Part shown: one piece after another, positions 25,150 to 37,852 of the stretch
Layout: the number at the start of each line of letters is the position of its first letter
Position numbering within the stretch: the first letter of the stretch is position 1
NCBI RefSeq assembly: GCF_004010195.1
Contig: NC_057720.1
Location: 17,579,558 to 17,643,557, forward strand
Direction of reading: 5' to 3'
From: Chiloscyllium plagiosum
Taxonomy: Eukaryota
DNA length: 64,000 bases
Notes under the pieces: model-generated
Databases searched by the model: none
What the model was told of the DNA's origin: nothing
What the model saw: only the letters and a program-made list of their open reading frames with translations
Made by a program: the position numbers and the translations under genes

Positions 25150-26170
25150 AGGGCACCTTGATCCACTCTTCCACTCTCACCACCATCCCACAGCATCTTC
25201 CTACACGATTGCACAAAGTGTAGTATCTGCCCACTTACTTCCTCCCTCCTCTCTAATCAAAACTCCAGACACAACTTCCAGGTGAAGCAGTGATTTACCT
25301 GTACTTCATTTATTCTAATCTACTGTGTTCATTGCTCACAATTTGCTCTCTTCTACATTGATGAGATCAAATACAGACTGAACAACTGTGGAACATCTAT
25401 GTTCTGCCCACAGAAATAACCCTGAGCTTCCTATTACTGACCATTTCAATAGACCAAGTTGTTTCCTGGGAGCAAGTGAGGATTGCAGATGCTGGAGATC
25501 AGAATCGACAGTGGGGTGCTGGAAAAGCACAGGTCAGACAGTATCCGAGGAGCAGGAGAGTAGACGTTTCAGGCAGAAGCCCTTCATCAGATTCTTGAAG
25601 TGCTTATGCCCGAAACGTCGATCCTCCTGCTCCTCTGATGCTGCCTGACCTGCTGTGCTTTTCCAGCACTACACACTCAAGTTGTTTCCTGGCCAACGTG
25701 TCTGTCTCTCATTTGTGGCAGTGCTCCAGTGAGTCTTAGCACAATCTGGAAGAACAGCATCTTCTTTTTCACTGGAAAATTCTGCAGTCTTGAGGATTCT
25801 ATCCAGTTCAATAATTTTATGGCTGAATGCCACCTTCCATGTCCTCCAGTCTTGTCAATTCATGGGCCACTTTCAGCGGGGGAAAAAAATGTGCTTGCTT
25901 CTAGACCCCAGTCACAATTCTCCTTTCTCCCTGGCTTACCATATTCCATCCCTTTGTCTGCCCAACTTTTGTTCTTTCTCCCTGGACTCCACCTCGATCT
26001 ATCATTTACATCCCACCTCCTGCCAAATCCCTGTGTTTATTATACCACCTATTCCTAGCTACTATCTAGTTCTGAAGAAGGCTCACTGGGCCTGTATCAT
26101 TAATTCTGCTTTCTTTGCAGAGATTCTGCCAGACCTGTTGAGTTTCTCCAAAAATTTCTGTTCTTGCTAT
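25150..26170 (+). mobile_element. Old PLE 3' part (GIY-YIG + degenerate hammerhead near 26071), interrupted by a fold-back element
   Basis: VKQ*FTCTS..LIYCVHCSQ..FYI, EHLCS..PITDHFN; tctgaagaagg at 26071. Confidence 0.7.
25470..25677. mobile_element. Fold-back family-B mini-element
   Basis: Inverted arms centred near 25590; 15-bp TSD caagttgtttcctgg at 25455-25469 and 25678-25692. Confidence 0.85.
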
Positions 26171-27183
26171 TGATAGTTAAATCTAAAACCAAGTAGTTTG
26201 ACTCTGGTTAAGTCTTGCCTTGAGAATTGACTTAGCAAATCGCTGTCACTTTTTGTTTAGTTGTCATGGATGCAGTGCATGTACATGTTTTGTCTGTAGT
26301 GTAATATTATGTATATCTTCTGTGCTACACTGAGAGCCCAAACAATAATAATCCTAAATTGGTTGCTTGCATAATACTTTGCATACTTGAGATTATCTGG
26401 CAAATGTTGTTCCACTATTGGACACTGCACTACAGATATTGGTTTGCTCATTAATTGGTATTCTTGTAAACTTATCTGCAATAGAAGTTTTTCAACAAAA
26501 TATGCCTTTATTTAACAGCTGTTTTGATAAATTTAGGAATGATCAGCATTTTCACGTGCAGGGAATATGTTTTAAGATTCTGTTCCATAGGACCTAAGTA
26601 CAGTAATCGGCGCTTAAGGATTGTGCCCCTTAAAATTAGACTATAGGTGCAGGAGTAGGCTATTCTGCCCTTCGAGCCTGCACCACCATTCAATATGATC
26701 ATGGAATGCAGCTACAGTGTTGTGGGGAATTACAGTACATTGTGGCATCGGAGTATGAATAGAGGCTGAAAGAGGAAACTGTTTAGACCCACAGCTTTGC
26801 AATTTAAGAAGAAATTTGCCTCCGAGTTGAAACTTGTTTCGTTACATTTTTCTAATTCAAGTTAGATAAGACTATTTTTGTAGTTATTATTTAGGTTTCC
26901 ATTTTTGAGCAAGCTCAAGCATTTTGTGTCCAGCAACTATAACGGTCTTGCATTTCTGCTCTGCGCTGGATTTTGGTGAAGTTTGTTTGAAATCAGCAAA
27001 ATAATCAGGGGAAAAAAAAAAGGTTGTGGAATCTTGGGTGCAAAGTGAGTTTCCATGATCTTTAGTTTTCAGAAAAGATGGTCAGGGACTTCCCTCGTAA
27101 CTAGCTAAATCCCCAGATTGAATTGGGAAATTTCAGATGGCTCTGTACTCCAGTAAGCTAACAAATGGTTATAGAAGCGTAGA

Positions 27184-28652
27184 AACAATAGACAATAGAC
27201 ACCTAGGTGCAGGAGTAGGCCATTCAGCCCTTCGAGCCTGCACCGCCATTCAATATAATCATGGCTGATCATTCCTAATCAGTATCCTGTTCCTGCCTTA
27301 TCTCCATAACCCTTGATTCCACTATCTTTGAGAGCTCTATCCAACTCCTTAAATGAATCCAGAGAGTGGGCCTCCACTGCCCTCTGGGGCAGAGCATTCC
27401 ACACAGCCACCACTCTCTGGGTGAAGAAGTTTCTCCTCATCTCTGTCCTAAATGGTCTATCCCGTATTTTTAAGCTGTGTCCTCTGGTTCGGCACTCACC
27501 CATCAGTGGAAATAGGTTTCCTATTGCCAGAGTGTCCAATCCTTTCATAATCTTATACGTCTCAATCAGATCCCATCTCAATCTTCTAACTCGAGGGTAT
27601 ACAAGCCCAGTCGCTTCAGTCTTTCAGTGTAAGGTAATCCTGCCATTCCAGGAATTGACCTAGTGAACCTACGCTGCACTCCCTCAACAGCCAGAATGTC
27701 TTTTCTCAAATTTGGAGACCAGAACTGCACACAGTACTCCAGGTGTGGTCTCACCAGGGCCCTATACAGCTGCAGAAGAACCTCTTTGCTTCTATACTCA
27801 ATCCCTCTTGTTATGAAGGCCAGCATGCTATTAGCCTTCTTCACTACCTGCTGTACCTGCATGCTTACCTTCATTGACTAGTGTACAAGAACACCCAGAN
27901 NNNNNNNNNNNNNNNNNNNNNNNNNNNNNNNNNNNNNNNNNNNNNNNNNNNNNNNNNNNNNNNNNNNNNNNNNNNNNNNNNNNNNNNNNNNNNNNNNNNN
28001 NNNNNNNNNNNNNNNNNNNNNNNNNNNNNNNNNNNNNNNNNNNNNNNNNNNNNNNNNNNNNNNNNNNNNNNNNNNNNNNNNNNNNNNNNNNNNNNNNNNN
28101 NNNNNNNNNNNNNNNNNNNNNNNNNNNNNNNNNNNNNNNNNNNNNNNNNNNNNNNNNNNNNNNNNNNNNNNNNNNNNNNNNNNNNNNNNNNNNNNNNNNN
28201 NNNNNNNNNNNNNNNNNNNNNNATCCTCAAAAAATTTCAGAAGATTAGTCAAGCATGATTTCCTTTTCATAAATCCATGCTGACTCTGTCGTATCCTGTT
28301 ACTACTATCCAGATGTGCCGTAATTTCATCCTTTATAGTAGACTCCAGCATCTTTCCCACCACTGAGGTCAGACTAACTTGTCTATAATTTCCTGCTTTC
28401 TCTCTCCCACCTTTCTTAAAAAGTGGTATAATATTAGCCACCCTCCAATCCTCAGGAACCGACCCCGAATCTATTGAACTCTGGAAAATAATCACCAACG
28501 CATCCACGATTTCCCGAGCCACCTCCTTCAGTACCCTGGGATGCAGACCATCAGGCCCCGGAGACTTATCAACCTTCAGACCTAACAGTCTCTCCAACAC
28601 CAAATCCTGGCAAATATAAATTCCCTTAAGTTCAGGTCCTTCAGCCACTGTT
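27184..28652 (-). mobile_element. Young CR1 LINE fragment containing an N gap (27900-28222)
   Basis: [47 protein letters not shown]. Confidence 0.9.
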
Positions 28653-29069
28653 AAAAACATTCTACATAGGAGCATTAGTAGGCAATTTGACCCTTCTGAG
28701 ACTGCTCCCCCATTCAAAGTGACCGTGACTGTTCAGTGGTTCAACTTTTAATTTTTTTAAGTCATTGTGGATCATTTCAAATCAGGATACCCACACGTAA
28801 TGAACTAGACACTCTGCAGAAGGGTCTGTGGATTCAAAATGTTAACTCCACTTTTCTCTCCACAGATGATGCCAGACCTGTTGAGTTTCTCCAGCAATTC
28901 CTGTTTTTAACTGATTAAAGCTTTTATATTTGTGGCATATTTGGCTGTTTTGTCACCACCCTTATTACATCGGATTAATTTGAAAGCAGAAGTCTTTTTC
29001 AAACACAATGCTTTTTAACACACTGCTCTGTTGCATTTACCCTAATTGCAGATATTGCTTATTGTAGTG

Positions 29070-29892
29070 CAGGTAGTTTTCCTATAATGCGGTAGTTGTG
29101 TTTGCGTGAGACACCATTACAGAAATTTGCGCAATACAGCATTCCCCCCACGTACCCACGGGGGATATGTTCCAACACCAACCGCGGATAGTAGCAAACC
29201 CATTCATTTAAATGGGAAACCTACCTCCCCGGTAGTCCCTTGGTCCCTGGTTCTGGAATGTTCCATGTAATATGTTCATGCCGTGGTAAACCACGGGTAA
29301 CTGTAACCGGACCCACTGATATCGAGGTTGCCTTGTGAAAATAATGGGGTCTATGGGGAAAACCGGGTTAAGGGCGAACTACCAAAAATATCAGTAAAAA
29401 TTGAAACAAATCTCATTAGTTTAACACAAATGATACAGTCTAAGTAAATCTTTAAACTCATATTTTAATGAAATAATGCAGTAAATTTAACACGTTAACA
29501 CTAAAATCACTGACTACAGTACTGTACCTTTCACGAAGCTCTTTACCAGAAAGTGCGCAAGCTGACTGACCCACGTGATGCTGACGCAGAAGTCCTGTTC
29601 CCCTCGATTCTACCCCAGTTTGAACTAAAGTTCTTTCTAAACATAGACTACAGTTTCCCAGTTTCAAGGCTTGCAGAGCTGATTGCATTCCTATTTTAGC
29701 TGAGCACACTAAATTTGCATTTTGCAGATAGAGGATACTGAGGCTGGATTTTGTGGTTCAGCTAGTTCTGAGGATGGAATTGTGTAACGGCGAACGGGAG
29801 TTTGCTTTATTTTTTAAAAAAAACCTGCAATTCACAAATCGCGTTACAGCCAAATCATGTTTAATAAACGTGCGTTATAGGAGAACTACTTC
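29070..29892. mobile_element. Tigger/pogo-like non-autonomous DNA transposon
   Basis: TIRs caggtagttttcctataatgcg / tgcgttataggagaactacttc followed by TA. Confidence 0.7.
29137..29335. mobile_element. Second MITE nested in the 29070-29892 element
   Basis: Starts TA|CAG; CpG-rich, degenerate TIR-like ends; host sequence appears to resume at gaaaataatgggg. Confidence 0.5.
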
Positions 29893-30285
29893 TATGCAAA
29901 TAAGTTTGAATAAAGGCTTGTATGGAAATTAAAACTTTGGAAAACTAGCACAATTTCACATGTGATTTTCATCCCAATTGCAATGATTGATTTACCCCAA
30001 AGTGGGAACTCTACCTCAAGTAATAAACCATTTCAAAATGTGCATCCAGTATTTGGGGGACATTGCTAAATCTGTTGACAAATATTTTCCTCAGCATATT
30101 GAGGAGGAGATCAATTGTTATGGGTCCATTGGTCACATACATGCTACACCTACACTCTGATGATTCTGGAGATCATTAAGTAAAATATGAACATATGCAG
30201 TGCTGAAGAAACCCAAACAAAAAATGTATGAAAGATGACAAATTGAGTAAAACTCAATGGTAACTTGGCATTTTTTTTCCTGCAG

Positions 30286-30382
30286 TTCAGTGCTTACGTT
30301 AGCAGATATGTACAACTTGGATGGGTTGAAGAAAGTAGTCCTACATGTTCTGAAGAAAGATTATTGCAAGTTTTTTCACAAG
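30286..30382 (+). CDS. BTBD8: BTBD8 exon (SVLTLADMYNLDGLKKVVLHVLKKDYCKFFHK)
   Basis: ttttttcctgcag| ... AAG|gtaaca; ADMY-L-GLK end-of-BTB motif; matches recalled human ADMYGLEGLKEV...DYCNFFQK. Confidence 0.95.
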
Positions 30383-30802
30383 GTAACATGGTATTTTCTA
30401 TCATAGTGATTGTGCAGCAGTCTATCAATGCCCTCTTTACGCTGAACGTAATCATTTATGTTTTCAGGTGTTAGTGCTGTTTTTCACATTTTGTTTCATT
30501 TTGGGTTTTCTGCATTCGTGCTGCTGTTCTGGTTAGGGAACATCTTCCATATTGGAATCGCAGATATGAAAGACTTTGTTTTGAAGAGTTTTCACTGACT
30601 ACATGTGTTTTGCAAGGCTTTGAATTTAAATATTTGGCAGTTGCACAGGCTTCTAACTTTTGAGGTTGAGCTGCTTGAAGTTACAGACTGTGACATACCA
30701 ATAATTCCATTTTTAAGATAAATGCGGCACACCTTTGCGACTTCAACTTCAAAATGTCCTATTTGATTGTAAGCTGTGTGGACTGTCTAAATTAGCTCCT
30801 GT

Positions 30803-31498
30803 TAACATAGAACATAGAAGAATACAGCGCAGTACAGGCCCTTCGGCCCTCGATGTTGCGCCGATCCAAGCCCACCTAACCTATACTAGCCCACTATCCT
30901 CCATATGCCTATCCAATGCCCGCTTAAATGCCCATAATGAGGGAGAGTCCACCACTGCTACTGGCAGGGCAGTCCATGAACTCACGACTCGCTGAGTAAA
31001 GAACATACCCNNNNNNNNNNNNNNNNNNNNNNNNNNNNNNNNNNNNNNNNNNNNNNNNNNNNNNNNNNNNNNNNNNNNNNNNNNNNNNNNNNNNNNNNNN
31101 NNNNNNNNNNNNNNNNNNNNNNNNNNNNNNNNNNNNNNNNNNNNNNNNNNNNNNNNNNNNNNNNNNNNNNNNNNNNNNNNNNNNNNNNNNNNNNNNNNNN
31201 NNNNNNNNNNNNNNNNNNNNNNNNNNNNNNNNNNNNNNNNNNNNNNNNNNNNNNNNNNNNNNNNNNNNNNNNNNNNNNNNNNNNNNNNNNNNNNNNNNNN
31301 NNNNNNNNNNNNNNNNNACTTAGCTATATTGAACTCCATTTGCCACCTTTCTGCCCAGCACTGCAGCTTATCTATATCCCGCTGTAACCTGCCACATCCT
31401 TCCTCACTGTCTACAACTCCTCCGACTTTCGTATCATCCGCAAACTTGCTCACCCAACCTTCTAACCCCTCCTCCAGGTCATTTATAAAAATGACAAA
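30803..31498 (-). mobile_element. Young CR1 LINE 3' part containing an N gap (31011-31317)
   Basis: SKFADDTKVGGVVDSEEG...WQMEFN; aacatag-repeat tail. Confidence 0.88.
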
Positions 31499-31989
31499 AT
31501 TTGGTGTTCTATTCCACTAAACCCTCACCATGATCAGTTTACAATTCCCCCCTCACTAATTGTCTCAGTGAAGCCTTTTCCTGTGTGTGTGCGCACACAT
31601 AAAGATATACAGCTGTTGAAAGCCTTCCTTGGTCTTAATCCAAGTGCAATGCATATTGTTCTTCCCACTAGCTAGTCAGCCAGGCAGCAATATGCATTGA
31701 AATTTAGGATTAACTATTCTACCTGGTTTCATTTCAAACTTTAATGTTTTGTACAGGCAACAGTGACATTCCTCAGAATTCCAGTGGGCTACTGCAAAAT
31801 AAAATTCACTTTACTTTTTTTATTCATTCCTGTTGATGCTAATTTTAGCTCCTTAGACTTCTGCTTGTCCTTTATTTTTGTGGCACATCTCCTGTCTCTG
31901 CTGGGTTTTTTTTCCCCATCAAGATTTTGGTATTCTTGGAACTTCGCTTAATGAAATCTTCTGCAGTTAAATTGTTGCCACCATTGCTA

Positions 31990-32330
31990 GGTGGCTCAGT
32001 GATTAGCACTGCTGCCTTGCAGCACCAGAGACTCAAGTTCAAATCCACACTTGAGTGACCATCTATGTGGGTTGCACACTCTACCCATTTTTTCTTGTTT
32101 CCTCTCGGTGCTCCAGTTTCCTCCCATAGTCCAAAAATGTGCAGGTTAAGTGGATTGGCCATAGGAAATTGCCCGTAGTGTCCAGGGATGTGCAGGCTGG
32201 GTATGTTAGCCATGGGAAATGCTGGGTTACAGGGATATGTAGTGGGATGGGTCTGAACGGGAATCTCTTCAGAAGGTTAGTGTGGACTTGATGGGCTGAA
32301 TGGCCTGCTTCCATGATGTAGGGGCTGCTA
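31990..32330 (+). mobile_element. HE1-type tRNA-SINE
   Basis: A/B boxes and conserved body and tail. Confidence 0.83.
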
Positions 32331-33121
32331 GAAACCATCAAGGAAAATGGGAAAAGGCATGAGCCATTCAGTTCTGAGTCTTTTGATTAAAACATGTATC
32401 GTTGATGACAACGATTGCACACCTACCTTGTTGGTACAGTTGTTTTTGATAGTGTTCTGACTGTAAGTGTGAGTAACCTGTGTTTAATTGTGAGCCTGAT
32501 GTGATTCTGCAGTAATTGTATTGAATAAGGGAATTCTTTATAAGCCACAGCATGTAACCAAATTAACCTAAGCTTGAACTCTGTGGATTTATTTTTCACT
32601 TGAAATTTTCAAATGAATTTATTATTTTTGAGTCAGGACTGTGAATTTAAATTCTAAACGTGGAAGTTTCCAATTATAGGTTAGCCGGAGTAGGTATAAG
32701 ATTGGTGTTAATGCGGCATAAATCTGACTGTTTGTTTGCATTGTTATTCTCTACTCACTGAGGAATTCGCAAAGGCAGACATCAACTCCATTCTAAATTC
32801 TTTCCAAAAAGCATCAGACACAGATCAGATTGAATCAAGCAAAGCTTTGTTCTCATCCATAGGATGTGACTAGTGGTGTTGCCAATGATCTTTTCTAGGA
32901 CCTTGACTTTTCACTAGATTTATTAATGACTTGAATGGTTGGATGAATAGATGACTGTATATCCAAATTAACAGATTGTATCATTAGGAGGCACAGCCAA
33001 AACAAAAGGGTCTACAGATTGAGTCAGTAGTGGACAGGACAGTGATAAATTGTGTTCACAGGAACTGAGAGTCATCCAGTTTGAATCCAAGCAAGGCAAG
33101 TTAGAATCCTTATTTTTATTG

Positions 33122-33333
33122 ATGGAAATGTGTTGCTGGAAAAGCGCAGCAGGTCAGGCAGCATCTAGGGAACAGGAGAATCGACGTTTCGGGCATTAGC
33201 CCTCATTCCTGAAGAAGGGCTAATGCCCGAAACGTCTATTCTCCTGTTCCCTAGATGCTGCCTGACCTGCTGCGCTTTTCCAGCAACACATTTCCATCTC
33301 TGATCTCCAGCATCTGCAGACCTCACTTTCTCC
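33122..33333. mobile_element. Fold-back family-B mini-element, youngest-looking copy
   Basis: 83-bp arms 33121-33203 / 33216-33298 with 1 mismatch; 15-bp TSD tccttatttttattg at 33107-33121 and 33334-33348; CUGAAGA core in the loop. Confidence 0.9.
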
Positions 33334-33565
33334 TCCTTATTTTTATTGCAGAGAATGTGGTAACTGTAACAGAACAAAGATTTGGATGGCTATATTAGCA
33401 ACTAAAAGCTAATGGGTACAGTCAAAGGTAATTACCATAACAAGTGGCCTTTATCTGAGGTTGAGGTGGAGTTATGTTTCAGTTCTACAGGACTTTGTTC
33501 CAATGCTATTTGGAACAATTGCATTGTTTTCAGCACTGTTTCACAAAAGCATAAATTGGTCTTTA

Positions 33566-33760
33566 AGGTAAAGTCGCCATAGTCCCAGAGGATCACAGGA
33601 CACTTTTTCTCTCAATAGAGAGCTGACAAGTGCTGGTTTAACCGGAGGTCACCATGCCTCGGGCATGGGGTGAGAACTTTCATGGTAACCTGAGCCGGTG
33701 AAAGAATTGACCTGTGCTGTTGGCATCACTCTACATCGCAAACCAGCCATCCAGCCAACA
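33566..33760 (-). mobile_element. Third tRNA-SINE family copy (homolog on + strand at about 34920-35105)
   Basis: tRNA-like head at right end; mutual similarity of the two copies. Confidence 0.55.
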
Positions 33761-33764
33761 TATC

Positions 33765-34915
33765 CAATAGGTGTGTTGTACTTGGACTTTGAAGGGGTTC
33801 TTTTTCAGGATGGTGACCTGAACCTTGAGGTTCCATAGGGATTAGTGCAACTGTTTACAATCTTTATTAATGTTTTCAGATGAGATGAAAATAAGTTTAA
33901 AAAGTCACGCAACACCAAGTTATAGTGTAACAGGTTTATTTGAAAGTACAAGCTTTTGGAGCGCTGCTCCTTCATCAGGTTGCGCTCCGAAAGCTTGTAC
34001 TTCCAAATAAACCTGTTGGATATAATCTGGTGTTGTGATTTTTTTTTAAACTTTGTCCATCTCAGTCCAACACTGGCACTTCCACATCCTAAAAATGGGT
34101 GGCGAGGCAAGTTGCAAGAGGAATACAGTTTGGAGATGTTAATAAGTGGGCAAAAAGTTGGCAAATGGAGTATAATGCGCGACAATGTGGAATTGTTAAA
34201 TTTGGAAGAGAGAACAAAAAAAAGTAGATAATGAAGGAAAACTGCTGAAATCTGCAACACAAAAGGACTTGGAATACTTGTGCACCAAACAACACAGAAA
34301 GCAAACACACAAGTGTGGCAGGTAATCATGAAAGCTAATGGAATGTTGGCCATAATTTCAAGGGTATTAAAGTATAAATGGGGAAATATTACTGCAATCG
34401 TACAAGGTATTGGTGAGACCAGTTTGGAATGCTGTGAGCAGTTTTGGTCCCATCATTTAAGGAAAAATTTTCAATTGGAAACAGGTCAGAGAAGGTTCGT
34501 TAGGATGATCCTTGGTGTGGAAGGATTGCCTTATGAAGAAACTCTATGCTCATTGAAATCTAGAAGAATGAGGTGTGATCTCATTGAAATATACGGGGTT
34601 TTTAAGGGGCTTGATCAGGTAAATGTTGAGAGAATGTTTCCCTTAACTGGACAGATGAGGACTGGAGGACATGGTCTCTGAATAAAGTGTTGCCAATTTA
34701 ACACTAGGATGAGGAGGAATTTCTTCTGAGTTGTCTTTGAAACACCTTGTCACAGTCCTTGTGTATATTAAAGGCTAAATAAATTCTTAAGGGTTACAGG
34801 GAAATGGCAGGAAAGTGGACATGTAGAGTGTCACATCAACCATGATCCTATTGAATGGCAAAGTAGGCTTGAGGGACTAAATGGCGTACTCCTTTTCCTA
34901 TTTCTTATGGTCTTG
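33765..34915 (+). mobile_element. Decayed CR1 LINE 3' part
   Basis: KANGMLAIISR, QFWS, CDLIEIY; CR1 3' UTR. Confidence 0.8.
33896..34088. mobile_element. Fold-back family-C mini-element nested in CR1
   Basis: Arms 33896-33964 / 33982-34050; hammerhead core tcatcag (minus CUGAUGA) in the spacer; no clear TSD. Confidence 0.8.
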
Positions 34916-36441
34916 TGGATCCTGTACTGATTTGAGGTTACCATTAAAGTCCTGCCTTCTCAACCTCTCCCCATACCCAAGGACATGGTCCTCAGATTAA
35001 GCTAACCACTAAACATCTCTCTCTCTCTGCCTCTGTCTGTTTCACTCTCTCGATCCGCTTTGAGAAAGCGACTCTATGGTCCTTGGGGATGATGGTGACT
35101 TTTTTTTAATTGGATTTTTAGGGCGTGCAGGGTGGCAGCATCCATTCTGGAATGGAACTGGGATCTGAGGATTACGTGGAGGTAGCATGAATTTGATGGG
35201 TATTCCCTTGAGTAGCGAATGAGGGGTAATTTCACGAAGTTTTAAAATACTGGAAAAAGAAAGGATTCAGTATGATCGATATGGAGAAAGTACTTCCCCT
35301 GAGGGAAATGGAGAGCAAGGGGCTATTGAAGAGGGATATGAGAAAGCTGCTTTCAAAAAGGGAAGTAGAAACCTGGGATTTTCTTCCTGCCAAAAATGCC
35401 TGGAAAATCGTGATGTTGCAATACGGATTTTTCTTTTGCTTAGAGAGATATAACTTGTGGGAAGCAAGTGCAATTTAAGGTTCCAATCTGACTGAACGGT
35501 AATACAGATTTGAGACTGAATCATCTACTTTTTCTTTGTTTGGCAAAATTCTAATTGGTGTTTACTTCCACGTTTGGGTTTTAGGTAAGACACATGCCAT
35601 TTTATTTAGATATTCTGAAAGTTTAACTGGCCATATCATGTCAGTAAAGTGCAATGAAGGTAAATTGGAAGCTGCAAAGTTGAGGCCAATAGATTCCAAA
35701 AACAGTTTGGTCATCGGTTTTATTTGAATTGAATCCTTTCACGAAAGCAGACAAGATAGCTATAATTTTCTTAAATTACACAATTTGTCTGAGGTCAAAG
35801 TTGTTTTTTGTATCAGGTGTACTTTTAGCTGTATCCACCCAATATGTATTAAATGATCCACTTGCATGTTACCAGTACTCTTGCTATGATTTCAGAGGCA
35901 TCGCAGTTGACACCTTGATATCGGCTGATAATAGCCTCACCGTGCAGGCAAGAAGTCTCCAATAATAACTTTGCCCATTTTCCAGCAACTGCAAGATGTC
36001 CATTTGTTCCCCAGCCCCCACCTTTGATTTAATACACCAGTACTTTATTGCCACACCCAGTCACTGTTTGTTACACACCTGCTGTGGTTTCAAGGGGTCC
36101 GTTGTATAATGAAGCAAGTAGTGACCTTCAATTCTTCAGAGATTTCAGTAACTTTCTTGTTGCTGGTTTATAGACTTTTTTTATTTCTAGAATTATTTTT
36201 GGAATTTTATTTGTATCTTTTTTAAAACCGATTCTGCTTCTTTGCGATTGTTATAATTGTGAATTTTTTTTTAAAACAACACCAGCAGACTTGAGTCAAT
36301 AGAGGAACAACTGTTTGCACAGAATGAGTCTCTTTGATATTGCTGAGTAAAACATGGACCCGCGTGTTTTCTTTTGAGACAAAGATGACATATTTGCCAA
36401 ACAAATCAAATTCAAGCTTGAACTTGATTTGCAGTAGAAAC

Positions 36442-36655
36442 TGTAGTGTGCTGCTGGTAAAGCACAGCAGGTCAGGCATCACCCGAGGAGCAGGAGTGTT
36501 GATGTTTCGGGCATAAACCCTTGATCAGGAATGTGGCTTATGCCTAAAATGTCGACTGTCTTGCTCCTCGGATGCTACCTGACCTGCTGTGCTTTACCAG
36601 TGCCACAGTTTTCAACCCTAATCTCCAGCATCTGCAATCCTCACTTTTTCTCTTG
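36442..36655. mobile_element. Fold-back family-B mini-element
   Basis: Inverted arms centred near 36530; gtagaaac duplicated at 36434-36441 and 36656-36663. Confidence 0.8.
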
Positions 36656-36825
36656 GTAGAAACCATAGCCTTGAGATGTTTGCCCTTTTGTTTAGATTGT
36701 TAAAATGTAAGTGTTATATTACCAGTGCACTCATGGAGAGAGAGATATTTTAATTTTAGATTGCATTTTGTAAATGCAATCTATTTGCCTTGTTTCTTAT
36801 TGATTTTCTTTTAATTAATTTATAG

Positions 36826-36914
36826 CCTGTTATTGGAATGCAGCAATCTATTCTGGAGTGCCTGCAGATATCTCATTCTATTGGAATTGATGGCCTTTAC
36901 AGTTCCTGTATGAG
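36826..36914 (+). CDS. BTBD8: BTBD8 exon (PVIGMQQSILECLQISHSIGIDGLYSSCMR)
   Basis: ttatag| ... AG|gtaaaa; phase 0-2; matches recalled human SILECLIIAHSVG. Confidence 0.93.
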
Positions 36915-37001
36915 GTAAAATGATTTTTGATGTAAATTTGTAGGTGCCCAACGTAACTACTTTTTGAAACAAAGATTGCTGTAAAATTGATGTTTTTGCA
37001 G

Positions 37002-37104
37002 ATGGATTACCAAATATTTTGTGAAATGCTGGTCTGGAAAGAATTTTGCCTGTCTTCCAGCTGAACTGCAGCGAGCCTGTTTGATGTCTGTAATCCAGTC
37101 TTTA
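37002..37104 (+). CDS. BTBD8: BTBD8 exon (WITKYFVKCWSGKNFACLPAELQRACLMSVIQSL)
   Basis: 87-nt intron upstream; tttgcag| ... TTA|gtaagt; BACK-like region. Confidence 0.94.
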
Positions 37105-37542
37105 GTAAGTATTGTCTATTAGCAGCATGTCTCGTTATCAAGTTACAATAAAATCATTGTCAATTTAAAAATTGCGTATAGTAGCTGTACTATTCCAGCC
37201 AGAATAGAGATTATTGTCCAACATATCTGGACACTGCTGTTAAATTGCTGGGTTGATTTTATGCACATCATTTCTATCACATTGCACATTTTGCTGGAGA
37301 CATAACCCTGGCTTTATCGGGAGACTTTATTGTAGTTTTTTGATTCGGACTTCTTTGCAGTTTATGGAAATTTCCCATGTACACTTTACTGTTTATCAAC
37401 ACTCTCCTCTGTTCTGAAATGAATCCCACACCACCTCGTAGTAATATCATTGCTCATTTCAGAATTCAAAGGTCTTTGGGAATAGTAGTGTAGTGGGCCA
37501 TTTGACTAACACTGAACTTTTTCTTCTAAAGTATGAGCAGTA

Positions 37543-37852
37543 GGAGAGGTGATGGCTTAATGGTGTTATTGCTGGACTGTTAATGCAGAGATTCAGGTAA
37601 TATTCTGGGCACTCAGTTTCAAATCTGGAATTAAGAGTCTAATGATGACCATGAAGCCACAGTTGTTTTGAGGAACAAAGCCCATCTGGTTCACTAATGT
37701 CCTTTAGGGAAGGAAACTGCCATCCTTACCCATGGTCTGACCTACATGTGACTCCAGACCCACCGGAAAGTGGTTGACTCTTAACTGCTCTCTGGGCAAT
37801 TAGCAGTAGGCAATGAAAAGCCAGTGATGCCCACATCCCATGAATGATAGAA
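37543..37852 (+). mobile_element. tRNA-SINE, second family (central domain resembles the MetaSINE domain as recalled)
   Basis: cccatctggttcactaatgtcctttagggaagg...gtgactccagaccc...gttgactcttaactgc; homologs at 60679-61009 and 63300-63635. Confidence 0.75.

Noticed and set aside
27871..28258. Long ORFs made of X residues (also 30881-31453 and 41542-41771)
   Set aside because: Artefacts of N gaps inside young repeats
33121..33298. Hairpins as pre-miRNA, terminator or classic DNA MITE
   Set aside because: The copies are dispersed repeats with variable-length TSDs, asymmetric arms and PLE/hammerhead sequence; small-RNA production is not excluded but unsupported
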